From: Heterodontus francisci
Lineage: Eukaryota
Reading direction: 5' to 3'
DNA: 64,000 bases
NCBI RefSeq assembly: GCF_036365525.1
Contig: NW_027140807.1
Span: forward strand, 1,302,001-1,366,000
The translations under genes were made by a program, and so were the position numbers. Shown here in pieces: positions 26,319 to 38,620 of the stretch (within the stretch, counting starts at the first letter, position 1; the number at the start of each line of letters is the position of its first letter). The notes under the pieces are model-generated. The model saw only the letters and a list, made by a program, of their open reading frames with translations, was not told the DNA's origin and made no database searches.

Positions 26319-26937
26319 ATGGCTGTGTCTCAGCTCTGGGTTGTGTTGTTGGTGTTAACGGGTAAGGAGGTGCCTGAACTGTGAGGTTACAATGATGTAC
26401 ATGTGTCTCTGCTTCTCAGTCTCTGGCTGTCTTTGTCTCTCTCCTTCTCCCTCCATATTTCGTTCTCTGTCTCTCATCTCTCTCTCTCTGCCTCTCTGCC
26501 TCTAACTGGTCCCCACCGCTCTCTCTATCTCTGTCTGTCTGCCCACTTCTACCTCTTCTTGTTGGTAACGATATGGACATTGTCCCTGGGTTTATCTCTC
26601 TATTTCTCTCTCTCTCTCTCTCCCTCTCTGTTTTACAGATGTGGGGGCTGTGTTGATCCAACAGACTCCCGCTTCCATATCCCATTCCCCAGGCTCTCCA
26701 GTCAGGATCCAATGTATTTACACAGAAGCAACAGCAGGCTCCTATTTCTACTGGTACCGATGGCATCTGGACCGTGAGCCTCAGGACCTTTTCTATTCCA
26801 GCTACGCCGGAACGGTCAACCCCTCAGGTGAGGTGGACGGTTTCACCGCCAGGAGACCCGAAAACACCCATTTTTACCTGGAGTCCTCCAGCCTGTGGGT
26901 GAATCAATCAGCCGTGTATTACTGTGCCTGGAGTCAG
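26319..26937 (+). CDS. TRBV: TCR beta V segment V10 (family A), apparently functional
   Basis: Leader 26319-26361 and V exon 26639-26937. RSS: CACAGTG 26938-26944, 23-bp spacer, GCAAAAACT 26968-26976. Confidence 0.95.
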
Positions 26938-28807
26938 CACAGTGATTCAGAAAGGCGCCGGAGTTCAGCAAAAACTCTAGACATTGTCAGAGCTCACTTG
27001 TGGGAGATAGACCTGTCTACCTGGGGTGTCATTCTAACACTCTGACGATCTGTCAGTTTCTATGTCTACTGTTGAATGAACTGGCTCTTTGACAGAGTTG
27101 TCTGACCAGTTCCCATTCACTGACCAGTTCTCCATTACATTAAGAAATCTCCCCTTCATCTACTTCTCCAATTGACATCTGGAAGTTACGATTGGATGGT
27201 CTTCCACCGCCCTTTCAGTCAGTGTCCTCCACATGATAACAATTCACGGAGGAGAAAGATTCCACTCATCTCCCACTCTGGTTCCTTTCCCAATTACCTT
27301 CAATTTTTGGTCCCTGGTTTATCGACCCTCCTGACAGTAGATACGACCCTCTGGATACAGTTTCTCTATCAAGACACTTCTGACAACATCTTTAAAATCT
27401 CCCCTTACCCTCATTACTCTAATGGACACAAGTCTATACAAATAGGAAATGGTTGATCTTGGAACCTTTAATCATGTCTCTGATGATTCATACAGTGCAA
27501 AGGCGAGAAACCTCTCCAGATCCGTCTCTGACTGGAACACCTGCCTCCAGACGGCGGCTTCAGCATCTGTTCAAAACTGTTAACCCACTTGTCTCTCAGT
27601 CTCTCGGTGTCTTTTGAAGAATTTTCACAATGACTGGAGTTCAGTGTGGTGAAGAAGTTAACCCTTTAGCTCCCGTTTAGTACAAGTGGGGGAAGGGGGG
27701 GGGGGAGGTGTGGGTGGGGAATGAAACTGTCTTGGCCCTGAAACAAGGCAGCAGGTTGATGGGTCTTATTGGATCATAGAATAATGCAGGACAAATCCAG
27801 GCCATTCAGCCCATCGATCCTGGCCTGGCTGTTCGAAAGAGCGACCTCCTCCCATCTCTCTTCATCCTACCCTATCAACAGATTCTCCTATTCCTTTCTC
27901 ACTCATGTATTTATTGAGCTCCCCCCTTAACAGTATTGTCTCTATTCGACCTCAACCCATTCCAGTTGGTCGCGAATTCCACATTCTGACCGCTCCCTGG
28001 GTTAAAGAACCTCCTTCTGAATTCCCAATTGGATTTATTAAGGACAACCTTACATTTATGATCCCTCGTTTTCATCTTCCCTGTCCAATTACTCCCACTC
28101 CCTGTTCTTTCTGAATATCCCTGCACTTGATCTTGCAGCTTGTCTGCCTCCTTCCCGACAGTACAACAGTGACTGCACTTCAAAATGTATTTGACTGGTT
28201 GCGGCTTGAGTGAAGCAGAGAGCTGTCTGGCCGAATGGCGCGGAAGAGTGCATTAACTTCCATCTGGTTCTATGCCACAAGCGCAAACGGGAGTCGAGTA
28301 GGATGACAAAGCCAATGACTGATACAATTTTAGAGTCTGACACTGAAACGCCTGCAGAATCGGTGCTTGCAGTTGCACGTGAAGCCACTAGGTGCCAGTG
28401 TTACTCTAGTGTCGCCGCTGCCCAGAACATGCTCAGACAGAGTGAGCTTTACCCACAGCAGCTCAACAGGTCAACTTGGCTGCTTCTGAAATGTTTCACT
28501 TCTCAACTATTTCACACAAAATATTCTGGCAATGTCAAACAAATCAATGATTTGATATCAGGTAGATGATCTTTAAATCTGATCCTTTTGGGGTCATTAA
28601 GTGACATTAATATCAGTCCAACCTTGAAATAGTTGCAGCCAGATGCCAGTTTGTAGATTTCCAGTTTCTATTTTACAATTACATAGTCCCAGGTGTTTGT
28701 AGGAAACTAGGAGAGAGCCTGAATGTCCATCCTGACTTTAGCACAACTCCCACATGTATCGTGCCAAGTGTAAAGTAACATTTGCCCCCCATGTTCCCTG
28801 TTTCCTG

Positions 28808-29040
28808 GTGGAAAACGGGAGATCTGGTGCTCACTTCATGTGATCAAGTGAGGGACAGTTTTCAGAACAGAAGGCTTCACACTGACATGTTGTGATATCC
28901 TCACCCTGCCGGTGGAAGGGCTGTATTAATCAGGTCTGTTCATTGAGGAGGTGAAACTCAGTATGTTGAGGTTTTAAGAGCGGATTTGCTTTTGCAGAAC
29001 ATTGCAAAACATTAAATTAACACAGAAGCTGGAGAGAGTT
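28808..29040 (+). pseudogene. TRBV: Decayed V3-like (family C) relic truncated by an RTE LINE
   Basis: ACATGTTGTGATATCCTCA resembles V3 ACATGTACTGGTATCGTCA, and CTCAGTATG..TTTAAGAGCGGATTTGC matches V3. The upstream intron is also similar. The splice acceptor is lost and there is no RSS. Confidence 0.7.
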
Positions 29041-29650
29041 CACCTTCTTAGGCAGTTCCCCGGGGTTGAGGATGACTTGCTTCCACTCCGGTTCAATGGG
29101 TTCTGAGATGGCTGATGAGTCCAGTGTATGATCTGCAGACTCTGTCACATGAGGTGCAGGTGGTGCTTGTAGGATCAGGTAGGTGAGTAGTTTGCAGGTT
29201 TGTGCGCTCCCTCCGATGCCTCGGCCTTACCTCTGCATGTTCCTGAAGTTCCTCGAGGTGTCCAATGCCTTCCCGTATGTCCTTTCTCCAACTGGGATGT
29301 TCAGGAGCCATGTTCTCCCAGGAGTCAATGCGGATGTTTCATCTCTCCAGGGATGCTGTGAGGACATCTCTAAAACGTTTCCGCTGTCCTCCTGGGAGTC
29401 TCCTGACACGGCTAAGTTCTGAGTAGAACTGCTTCTTTGGGGAGTCTGGTGGCAGGAATGTGAATGACATGTCCCAGCCAGTGGAGCTGGTTTTGGGTGA
29501 CTCGAACCCTGACACTAGACAGATTGGTTTGGGAGAGGACGATGCTGTTGGACTACCTGTTTTGCCACTGGATTTGGAGGTTAATGCGGAGGCACCTCTG
29601 GTGTTACTTCTCTTGTGCTTTGAGGTGTCGACTGTAGGTTCTCCAAGGTA
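29040..29650 (-). mobile_element. 3' fragment of an RTE-clade LINE (paralogous piece at 1-155)
   Basis: C-terminal peptide WRKDIREG..TCTSCDRVCRSYTGLISHLRTH, a CxxC..H..H finger typical of RTE-type ORF ends. Confidence 0.7.
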
Positions 29651-30928
29651 AGGTAAATGTGGAGGTGCATTTATTTACAGTGACTGACAGGACAAAGCAG
29701 TTCAGAGTTATCCACTGTCTAGACAAAGAACCACATACAGACTAACATCAAACTCACGTAATTTTTCCACGAACTCAAAGAGCAGGGCCTGATCCACAGT
29801 TTTATCATCATGTACCTGGGTTCCAAAATTGGAATTTGCACATGTTTGGCCTCCAACCTCCTTGGTTAAAACACACTGGGTGCACTGTGAACATTTCAGG
29901 ACTCCTCATTCCTTGGTTAGACTTCATTTGGAGAACTGTGCACTGTTCCATTCTCATTATACATTGGTTAGATCACAACTGGAGCACTGAGCACAGTTCT
30001 GGCGTCTATATACATTGGTTAGACCACATTTAGATCACGGTATAATTATACATAACAGTAGAGATCGAACAGGCAGGGGTCCTTCTCTAGAAATGAGGGG
30101 TGCCCAGATAAGAAGTCTTTAATATTATTAATAGGTTTGATAGGATAGTCGTAGAGAAGATATTTTCACTTGAGGCCCAAGACCAGAACTATAAGGTATA
30201 AAATACTCAGTACAAATCCAGACGTGAATTCAGGACAAACTTCATTACCCAGAGATTGGTGAGAATGGTGAACGAACCACCATAGGCAGTGGTGGAGGCA
30301 AATAGTATTCAGTGGGATACTAGTAGACATACGAGGCAGAAAGGATTGACAGGAGATGCTGAGAAGATGAGATAAAGAGGGATGAAAGGATGTATCTGTG
30401 GAACATCAACACCTGTATAGATCCGTTCACCTGATGCTGTGTTCTATATTGTCTGCAATTCTATATAGTCAACGTCAGTATCTGAAAGAGGGAAGAAAGT
30501 TGGAAAGCCGATCTGGAACTTCCCAAGGAGTTCTACAGCCAATGAAGTGCTTCTGTTGAATTTCAGGCATGTTGGTCTTTATTGCAAGGGGGATGGGAGT
30601 ACAAGAATAAGGAAGTCGTATTACACTTGTATTGGGTCTTGGTGAGAACACACCTGGAGTACTAGGTGCACATATTTGGAGAGAGCTCCGAATGATCGGG
30701 CTGCAGATGTCAATGACACAGAACTGCAGTTCCAGAAAGCGATTACCAGGAGTCTAACATTGGTCCCTCCCCGGAAATGAAAGAAAACTGGGTCCCGCCT
30801 ATCCGAATGATAAAGTGATGGAGAAGGAAGCTGTGAATTTCAGTCAGTGCCCAGAACTTTGAGATACTCGACAATAAAAGTGCTCAGTCATTTCATATAA
30901 AACCACACGGATCCTTCACCCTCCAGAG

Positions 30929-31542
30929 ATGTCTTTGTCTCAGCTCTGGGTTGTGTTGTTGGTGTTAACGGGTAAGGAGGTGTCTGAACTGTGAGGTGAC
31001 AATGATGTACATGTGTCTCTGCTTCTCAGTCTCTGTCTGTCTTTGTCTCTCTCCTTCTCCCTCTATAATTCTTTCTCTGTCTCTCATTCTCTCTCTATCT
31101 CTCTCTCTGCCTTTATCTCTGCCTCCAACTGGTCCCCACCTCTCTCTTTATCTCTCTGTCTGCCCGCCTCTACCTCTTCTTGTTGATATCTTTATTGACA
31201 TTGTCCTTGGGTTTATCTCCCTCGTTCCCTCTCTGTTTTACAGAAGTGGGGGCCGTGTTGATCCAACAGACTCCTGCTTCCATATCCCATTCCCCAGGAT
31301 CTCCAGTCAGGATCCAGTGTATTTACACTGAAGCAACTGCTACGTCCTATTTCTACTGGTACCGGTGGCATCCGGACCGTGAGCCCGAGAATCTTTTCTA
31401 TTCCTACCCCGCCGGAACGGTCAACCCCTCCGGTGAGGTGGACGGTTTCACCGCTAGGATACCCGACAACACCCATTTTTACCTGGAGTCCTCCAGCCTG
31501 TTGGCGAATCAATCAGCAGTGTATTACTGTGCCTGGAGTCAG
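30929..31542 (+). CDS. TRBV: TCR beta V segment V11 (family A), apparently functional
   Basis: Leader 30929-30971 and V exon 31244-31542. RSS: CACAGTG 31543-31549, 23-bp spacer, GCAAAAACT 31573-31581. Confidence 0.95.
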
Positions 31543-33395
31543 CACAGTGACTCAGAAAGGCGCCGGAGTTCAGCAAAAACTCTAAACATTGACAGAACTC
31601 ACTTATGGGAGATAGACCTGTCTATCTGGGGTGTCATTCTATCACTCTGACTATCTGTCAGTTTCTATGTCTGCTGTTGAATGAACTGGCTCTTTGACAG
31701 AGTTGTCTAACTAGTTCCCATTCACTGACTAGTTCTCCATTGCACTAATAAATCTCCCCTTCATCTACTTCTCCAATTGACATCTGGAAGTTACTATTGG
31801 ATGGTCTTCCACCGCCCTTTCAGTCAGTGCCCTCCACATGATAACAATTCACTGAGGAGAAAGATTCCACTCATCTCCCACTCTGGTTCCTTTCCCAATT
31901 ACCTTCAATTCTTGGTCCCTGGTTTATCGACCCTCCTGACAGTAGATACAACCATCTGGATACAGTTTCTCTATCAAGACACATCTGACCACATCTTTCA
32001 AATCTCCCCTTACCCTCATTACTCTAATGGACACAAGTCCATACAAATAGGAAATGGTTGATCTTGGAACCTTTAATCATGTCTCTGATGATTCATACAG
32101 TGCAAAGGCGAGACACCTCTCCAGATCCGTCTCTGACTGGAACACCTGCCTCCAGACGGCGGCTTCAGCATCTGTTCAAAACTGTTAACCCATTTGTCTC
32201 TCAGTCTCTCGGGGTCTTTTGAAGAATTTTCACAGTGACTGGAGTTCAGTGCGGTGAAGAACTTAACCCTTTAACTCCCGTTTAGCACAAGGGGGGAAAT
32301 GAAACTGGCTTGGCCCTGAAACAAGGCAGCAGGTTGACGGGTCTTATTGGATCATAGAATCATGCAGGATAGATCCAGGCCATTCAGCCCAACGATCCTG
32401 GCCTGGCTGTTCGAAAGAGCGACCTCCTCCCATCTCTCTCTATCTTGCACCATCAGCAGATTCTTCTATTCCTTTCTCACTCATGTATTTAATCAGCTCC
32501 CCCCTTAACTGCATCGTCTCTATTCGATCTCAACCCATTCCATTTGGTCGTCAATTCTACATTCTCAACGTTCCCTGGGTTAAAGAACCTCCTCCTGAAT
32601 TCCGAATTGGATTTATTAAGGACTACCTTACATTTATGATCCCTGGTTTTCACCCTCCCTGTCCAATTACTCCCACTCCCTTTTCTTTATGAATAACGCT
32701 GCACTTGATCTTGCAGCTTGTCTGCCTCCTTACCGACATGACAACAGTGCACTTCAATATGTATTTGACTGGCTGAGGCTTGAGTGAAGCAGGGAGCTGT
32801 CAGGCCGAATGGCGCGGATCTGTGCACTAACTTCCATCTAGTTCTGTGCCACAAGCGCCAAAACGAGTCGAGTAGGAGAAGATAACTAATGACTGAAACA
32901 GGTTCAGGGTCTGACACTGAAACGCCTGCAGAATCGGTGCTTGCAGTTGCAGCTGGAGCCACTAGGTGCCAGTGTTACTCCACTGCAGCCGCTGCCGAGA
33001 ACATGCTCAGACAGAGTGAGCTTTCCCCACAGCAGCTCCACAGGTCAACTTGGCTGCTTCTGAAATTTTTCACTTCTCACCTATTTCACACAATATATTC
33101 CGGCAATGCGAAAAAAAAACTCAATGATTTGATATCCCGTAGATGAGCCTTTAATATGATTGTTTAGGGGGCATTAAGTGACATTTATATCATTCCAAAC
33201 TTGAAATATTTGCACCCAGATGCCAGTTTGTAGATTTCCAGGTTCTATTTTGCAATTACATTGGCCCAGGTGTTTGTAGGAAACTAGGAGAGAGCCTGAA
33301 TTTCCATCGTGACTTTAGCACAACTCCCACATCTATCGTGCCAAGTCTAAAGGAACATTCCCCCCGCCCCCCACTCCCGTGCTCCCTGTTTCCAG

Positions 33396-33575
33396 GTGGA
33401 ATAACGGGAGATCTGGTGCTCACTTCATGTGATCAAGTGAGAGACAGTTTTCAGAACAGAAGGCTTCACACTGACATGTTGTGATATCCTCACTGCGCTG
33501 GTGAAGGGGCTGTATTAATCAGGTCTGTTCATTGAGGAGGTGAAACTCAGTATGTTGAGGTTTTCAGAGCGGGTT
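33396..33575 (+). pseudogene. TRBV: Second copy of the decayed V3-like relic
   Basis: Near-identical to 28808-28985. It keeps the AG acceptor at 33394-33395 and is truncated at a SINE fragment. Confidence 0.7.
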
Positions 33576-36500
33576 TGGACGGATGATTTCCTTCCCGAAA
33601 AGACATGAGTGAGCCAGCTGGGTGTCAGGACACCTGAACTGAGACTAGTTTTCAATTGCAGATTTTCTGATGAAATAATTGCATTTATTCATTAATTGAA
33701 TTTAAATTCCACCATCTGACCTGGTGGGATTCTAACGCATGTCCCCTGGAGATTCATCCCCGCTTCTGGTACACCAGCTCAGTGACATGACAACGACATC
33801 ACCATCTGCCCCAGGCTAGTCTGGAACGTGGGGCCATCGGGCCGAATAGCCTGAATCTGTGCTGCAATTTCTATCTAATTCGATGTCACTAGCGTCACCA
33901 GCTGAAGCAATGGATAAAAAATGGGAAGACGGAGCAATTTCAAAGCATGTCTTCATAATGCCTATTTTATCAATTGCACTTTGCAAATCTCAGGTGCCTG
34001 TAGTTACACATTACAGCCACGAGATGGGGATGGAGCTCCACCGCAGCCTGAGTCCCACTTGCTTCTGGAGAGACTGAGCGAGCAATGCAGCAGTGACTTG
34101 ACCCATCTACCTAATAGTCAATTCCACTAACTCTGAAACAGATTAAAATCATAACCATTCCACACAAAATGGACAACTGGATTTCCCCAAGTCTGCTCGT
34201 TCATAGTGACTGGTTTGACCAACACTTGTGATATACTAAAACAGATGATCTGAAGGAAGTAAAGAGGGGAAGCAAAGTCAGAAAACAGTGAAAGAAAAAT
34301 GGAGAAGGAGGAATTTTATATAAAGAAGCACATATTCAGGGATGTGCACATCACTGACAAGGTCAGAATTCATTACCTATGCCGAATTGCACTGAACTGA
34401 ATGACTTGCCAGCCCATTTCAGAGGCAGTTAACAGTGAACTACATTGCTATCAGGTGATTCATTTTGGCAGAAGGGAGACAGAGAGGAAATACAGACTTA
34501 ATGACACAGGCCTGAAGAGTGTTCAAGGACAGAGGGACCTGGGGGTTAATGTGCATAGATCTTTGAAGGTGGCAGGACATATGGAGAGAGAGGTTCACAA
34601 AGCTTATGGGATCTCGAGATTTATAAATAGAGGTGTAGAGTTCAAAAGCAGAGAGATTGAGCGAAACATTTATAAGGCTCTTGTTCGGCCCCAACTTGAG
34701 TATTGAGTCCAGTTCTGGTCACTACACTTGAGGAAGGTTGTAGGGTCCTTGAGAGGGTGTAAAGGAGATGGACTGGGATGGTTCCAGGGATGAGAGATTT
34801 TAGCTACATGATTAGGTTGTTGAAGCTGGGGTTGTTCTCCTTGGAGCAAAGGAAATTGAGGGGAGATTTGATAGAAGTGTACAAAATGAAGAGAGGTTTA
34901 GGTAAAGTAGACAATGAAAAGCTGTTCCCATGAGCTGATGGTTACAAATATTGTCCAGGTCTTGCTGCATGCAGGTATGGACTGCTTCACTATTTGTGAA
35001 GTTGCGAATGGTGCTGAATGGCTCGGGGACACAGATGTACGGTTTTGGGCAAGAGATACAGGGGCGAAGTGAGGAATATGTTGTTTACGCAGCGAGGTGT
35101 AATGACCTGGAACTCACTGCCTACCAGGGTGGTGGAATCAGAGAGAATGAATGATTTCAATATGAAAATAGATAGGAACTTAGAGAGAAATAAACTTGCT
35201 TGAGGAATGGGACAAACTGGATTGCTGTACAGAGAGCCCGCATAGACTCGAAGGGCCGAACAGGCTCCTTCTCTGCTGTTCTGCCCCCGTACCCCGCCCC
35301 CAACAAGAGGAAGCAGTTTATCTCTATCTACCCTGTCAACCCATTCAATCATTTTAAACACCTCAGTCAGATCACCGTTTAATCTTCTCCACCTGAGGGA
35401 ATAAAGAACAAGCAATGTAAACATGTTGGGTGTTGCATTTCCTTCACACTTGATTGACTGATCAAAGATATTTTCAGATTCTCCGACCACAGGAAATCGA
35501 TCAAAGAATCAGAGACTGGTTACAGTATAGAAGGAGGCCATTCGGCCCATCGAGTCCATGCCAGCTCTCTGCAAGATCAACCCAGCTAGTGCAACTCCTC
35601 CTATCTCCCCTGTTCATTCAATTTGTCGCCTTAACCACCTGTAAATTCCTCTGCACTGTTTGCTTTGCATGCTGTTGTGGAAGGACTTTGTCAGCACAAT
35701 ACAGCAACAGAATCGCATTGTACAGAGAGACACAGAGACAGGAAAGGCACCGTCAGGATGTGTGGTTATCAGAGTGCAGCTGCAAATGTTTAAACATGTT
35801 CACGGATGCAGCAAGAAAGATAAACAGCCTGTTCTGTGGGTTTACCCGACACACATTTTTATTTTTCCACTCCTAGGGCTGAGGCAAAACAGTAGGTTAA
35901 AGGGTAAGGTAGCAAAGTGTTATGTTACTGGGCTAGTAATCTAAAGGCCTGGGCTAATAACCTGGAGATGTGAATTCAAATCCCAGCATGCTAGATTATT
36001 TCTATTCCCTTCATTAGATAAAGCTGGAATTGATGAAAAGCTGCTCTCAGTCACGGTGAACATTAACCTACTGCATTGGACTAAAACCTCATCTGTCACA
36101 GAGAGAAGGAAACCTGCCATCCTTATCCGGTCTGGCTGAAGAGGTGACTCCAGTCCCACAACAATATGGTTGATTCTTGAAGGGCCTTCTGAATTGGCCG
36201 GGCAAGAATGTCGCTCGTACAAAAGCTGTGATGGGCACAGACAGCAATGGGGGTGGGCTCATCGCCGCCTTCTCAAGGACAGTGAGGTGGTGGGCACTGA
36301 ATGCTGCACATCACAGGCGCAACCACATCCTGTGACTGAAAGCAGATAGAGAGATTGAGAAATATAATAGAATAGAGTCCTGAACACGGGTGTTTTTACA
36401 CTGCGTGGCCTGTCCTCACCCCCCGACACATCATCTGGTCTGTTTCAATCTTTCCCCTCACTGCTCTGTAGCTAACCCCAGCCTCCTCCATTCACACGAT

Positions 36501-36644
36501 ACATGCACAGTTACTTGGCATCCAGCATCCCTTATTTACATTCCCCAGTAACCCTCCATCCTAAACTCCCACAAAATGCTTATGTGCCTGCTGTGTTATT
36601 TCTACCAGCTTCACCAATCCCTTTCCACTCTCAATATGTTGGGG

Positions 36645-37312
36645 GTTTTCACCTGCTGAGGTTGTTGTTGAATTTTTTGGTGTTTTTCTCCGACTGAAAT
36701 TGTTGTTGTATTTGTTGGTGCCTTCTTCTGATTGAAGTTGTTGTTGAAATTGTTGCTGTTTTTCACCTGTTGAGGTTGTTGTTGAATTTGTTGGTGTTTA
36801 TCTCCTGCTGAAGTTGTTGTTCAATTTGTTGCTGTTTTTCACCTGCTGAAGTTGTTGTTGCATTTGATGGTGTTTTTCACCTGTTGAGGTTGTTGTTGAA
36901 TTTTGTGGTGATTTTTCCTGCTGAAGCTGTTGAATTTGTTGGTGTTTTTCATCTGTTGAGGTTGTTGTTGAATTTGTTGGTGTTTTCCTCCTGCTGAAAT
37001 TGTTGATTTTGTTTCCTGCTAATGTCGTTGAATTTATTGGTGGTTTTCACCTGCTGAGGCTTCTGTTGAATTAGTTGGTGTTTATCACCTGTTGAAGTTG
37101 TTGTTGAATGTTTTGGTGTTTTTCCCTGCTGAGGTTGTTGTTGAGTTTGTTGGTGTTTTTCACCTGGTGAGGTTGTTGTTGAATTTGTTGGTGTTTTTCT
37201 CCTGTTGAAATTGTTGTTGAAATTGTTGATTTATTTTCCTGCTAATGTTGTTGAATTTATTGGTGTTTTTCACCTGCTGAGGCTTTTGTTGATTTTTTTG
37301 GTGTTTTTCTCA
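36645..37312 (+). repeat. TG-rich degenerate minisatellite of about 38 bp
   Basis: Unit approximately CACCTGTTGAGGTTGTTGTTGAATTTGTTGGTGTTTTT, about 17-18 copies. Confidence 0.9.
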
Positions 37313-37793
37313 TGAGCTGATGGTACAAGGATTAGGGGACACTGGTTCTTTTGCCCATGATCTCAAATCTGTGCCCCTCTGGTTACCGACCCTCCTGTCA
37401 CTGCAAACAGTGTCTCATTACTTACCCTATCAAAACCCCTCATGGTTGTGAACACCTCTATTGAATCTCCTCTTAACCTTCTCTGTGAAGAGGAAGACAG
37501 TCCTAACTCTTCCAAACTCTCCAAATAATCTACACCTCCACACATTGCACCCTTCAGGAGATTCCCGAACCTCTGGAATTGCTTGCACATTGCAAGTCAT
37601 TGCTGTACATTCAATATTCTTCACAACTAAGGAGGAACAATGTGCTTTGCATTGATAAACAAGAGGTTCTGTTGGACGGTCATGCAGTGACGGCATCTCC
37701 GCACTGCAACACCAGAGGAGGCGCAGAGGGAGGGAGAGAGGGCTGCAGAGTGTGACAAGGGGGCTGAGATAGGAGGCTTCAAATCCCCACATC

Positions 37794-37839
37794 ATGTTGT
37801 GTACTGTTTACCTACACCTGCTGTTTCTGCTGCTCCCAG
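37794..37839 (+). other. Extra intact leader exon (family F) upstream of V12; orphan or alternative first exon
   Basis: MLCTVYLHLLFLLLP followed by a phase-1 GTTACT donor. The peptide is the same as the V12/V13 leaders. Confidence 0.85.
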
Positions 37840-38620
37840 GTTACTGCTCCGATTTGGAGGTTAATTCGGGCCCCGGTTAATCAGCTTTGAACATCAGCAA
37901 CTCTTGTTGATATGAAAAGGTTCCAATCAGTTAAATCCTTCAGAGCTTTGGTTTTGCTATTGATTTCGAGCAGATTCAGTTCTGTTCAGCGGACACCGAG
38001 CCTCCAGACATTCTCTGGTTCTTTGATGAATCATCTTCAATCCGTGTCCCATGTTTACTGACCCTTCTACCACTGCAAACAGATTCTCCTTATTTACTCT
38101 ATCAAAACCCTTCCTGATTTTGAACCTCTCTATCAAATCTCCAATTAACCTTCTCTGCTCTAAGGAAAACAGTCCCAGTTTCTCCATTACTAGTACAGCT
38201 GTCCTATGATGGGGAAGGTTTATATAGAGAGGTCTGACTTAACTATCCACTCACTGGCCACCTGAAATGCTGATTGGTGAAATTAGTTCTCCCCCGGGAG
38301 TTTCTACAGTCTCTTCACATCACATATCTCTCTATAAAGTACACATTTGTCAACCGTTTCAATCTTTCTGAACATCCCCAAACCCTGCAATAGATGGGAC
38401 TTTGCAAGTCAATCCTGTGTCATTCTAATTCTTACATTCAGACATTGGAAAGGAGGATCTGATTTGCTTGGATTCACAAGGGTCGTTCTATTGGTTGCCC
38501 TTGCAATAACGTCACTTGCACCCTAGATGACAAAGACATGTGCAGGACCAATAGGACTGCAGTGTGTGTGAAAGCCGGACAAATCTGGAAGGTTGAGAGC
38601 ACGGTTCACATTCCTGCATC

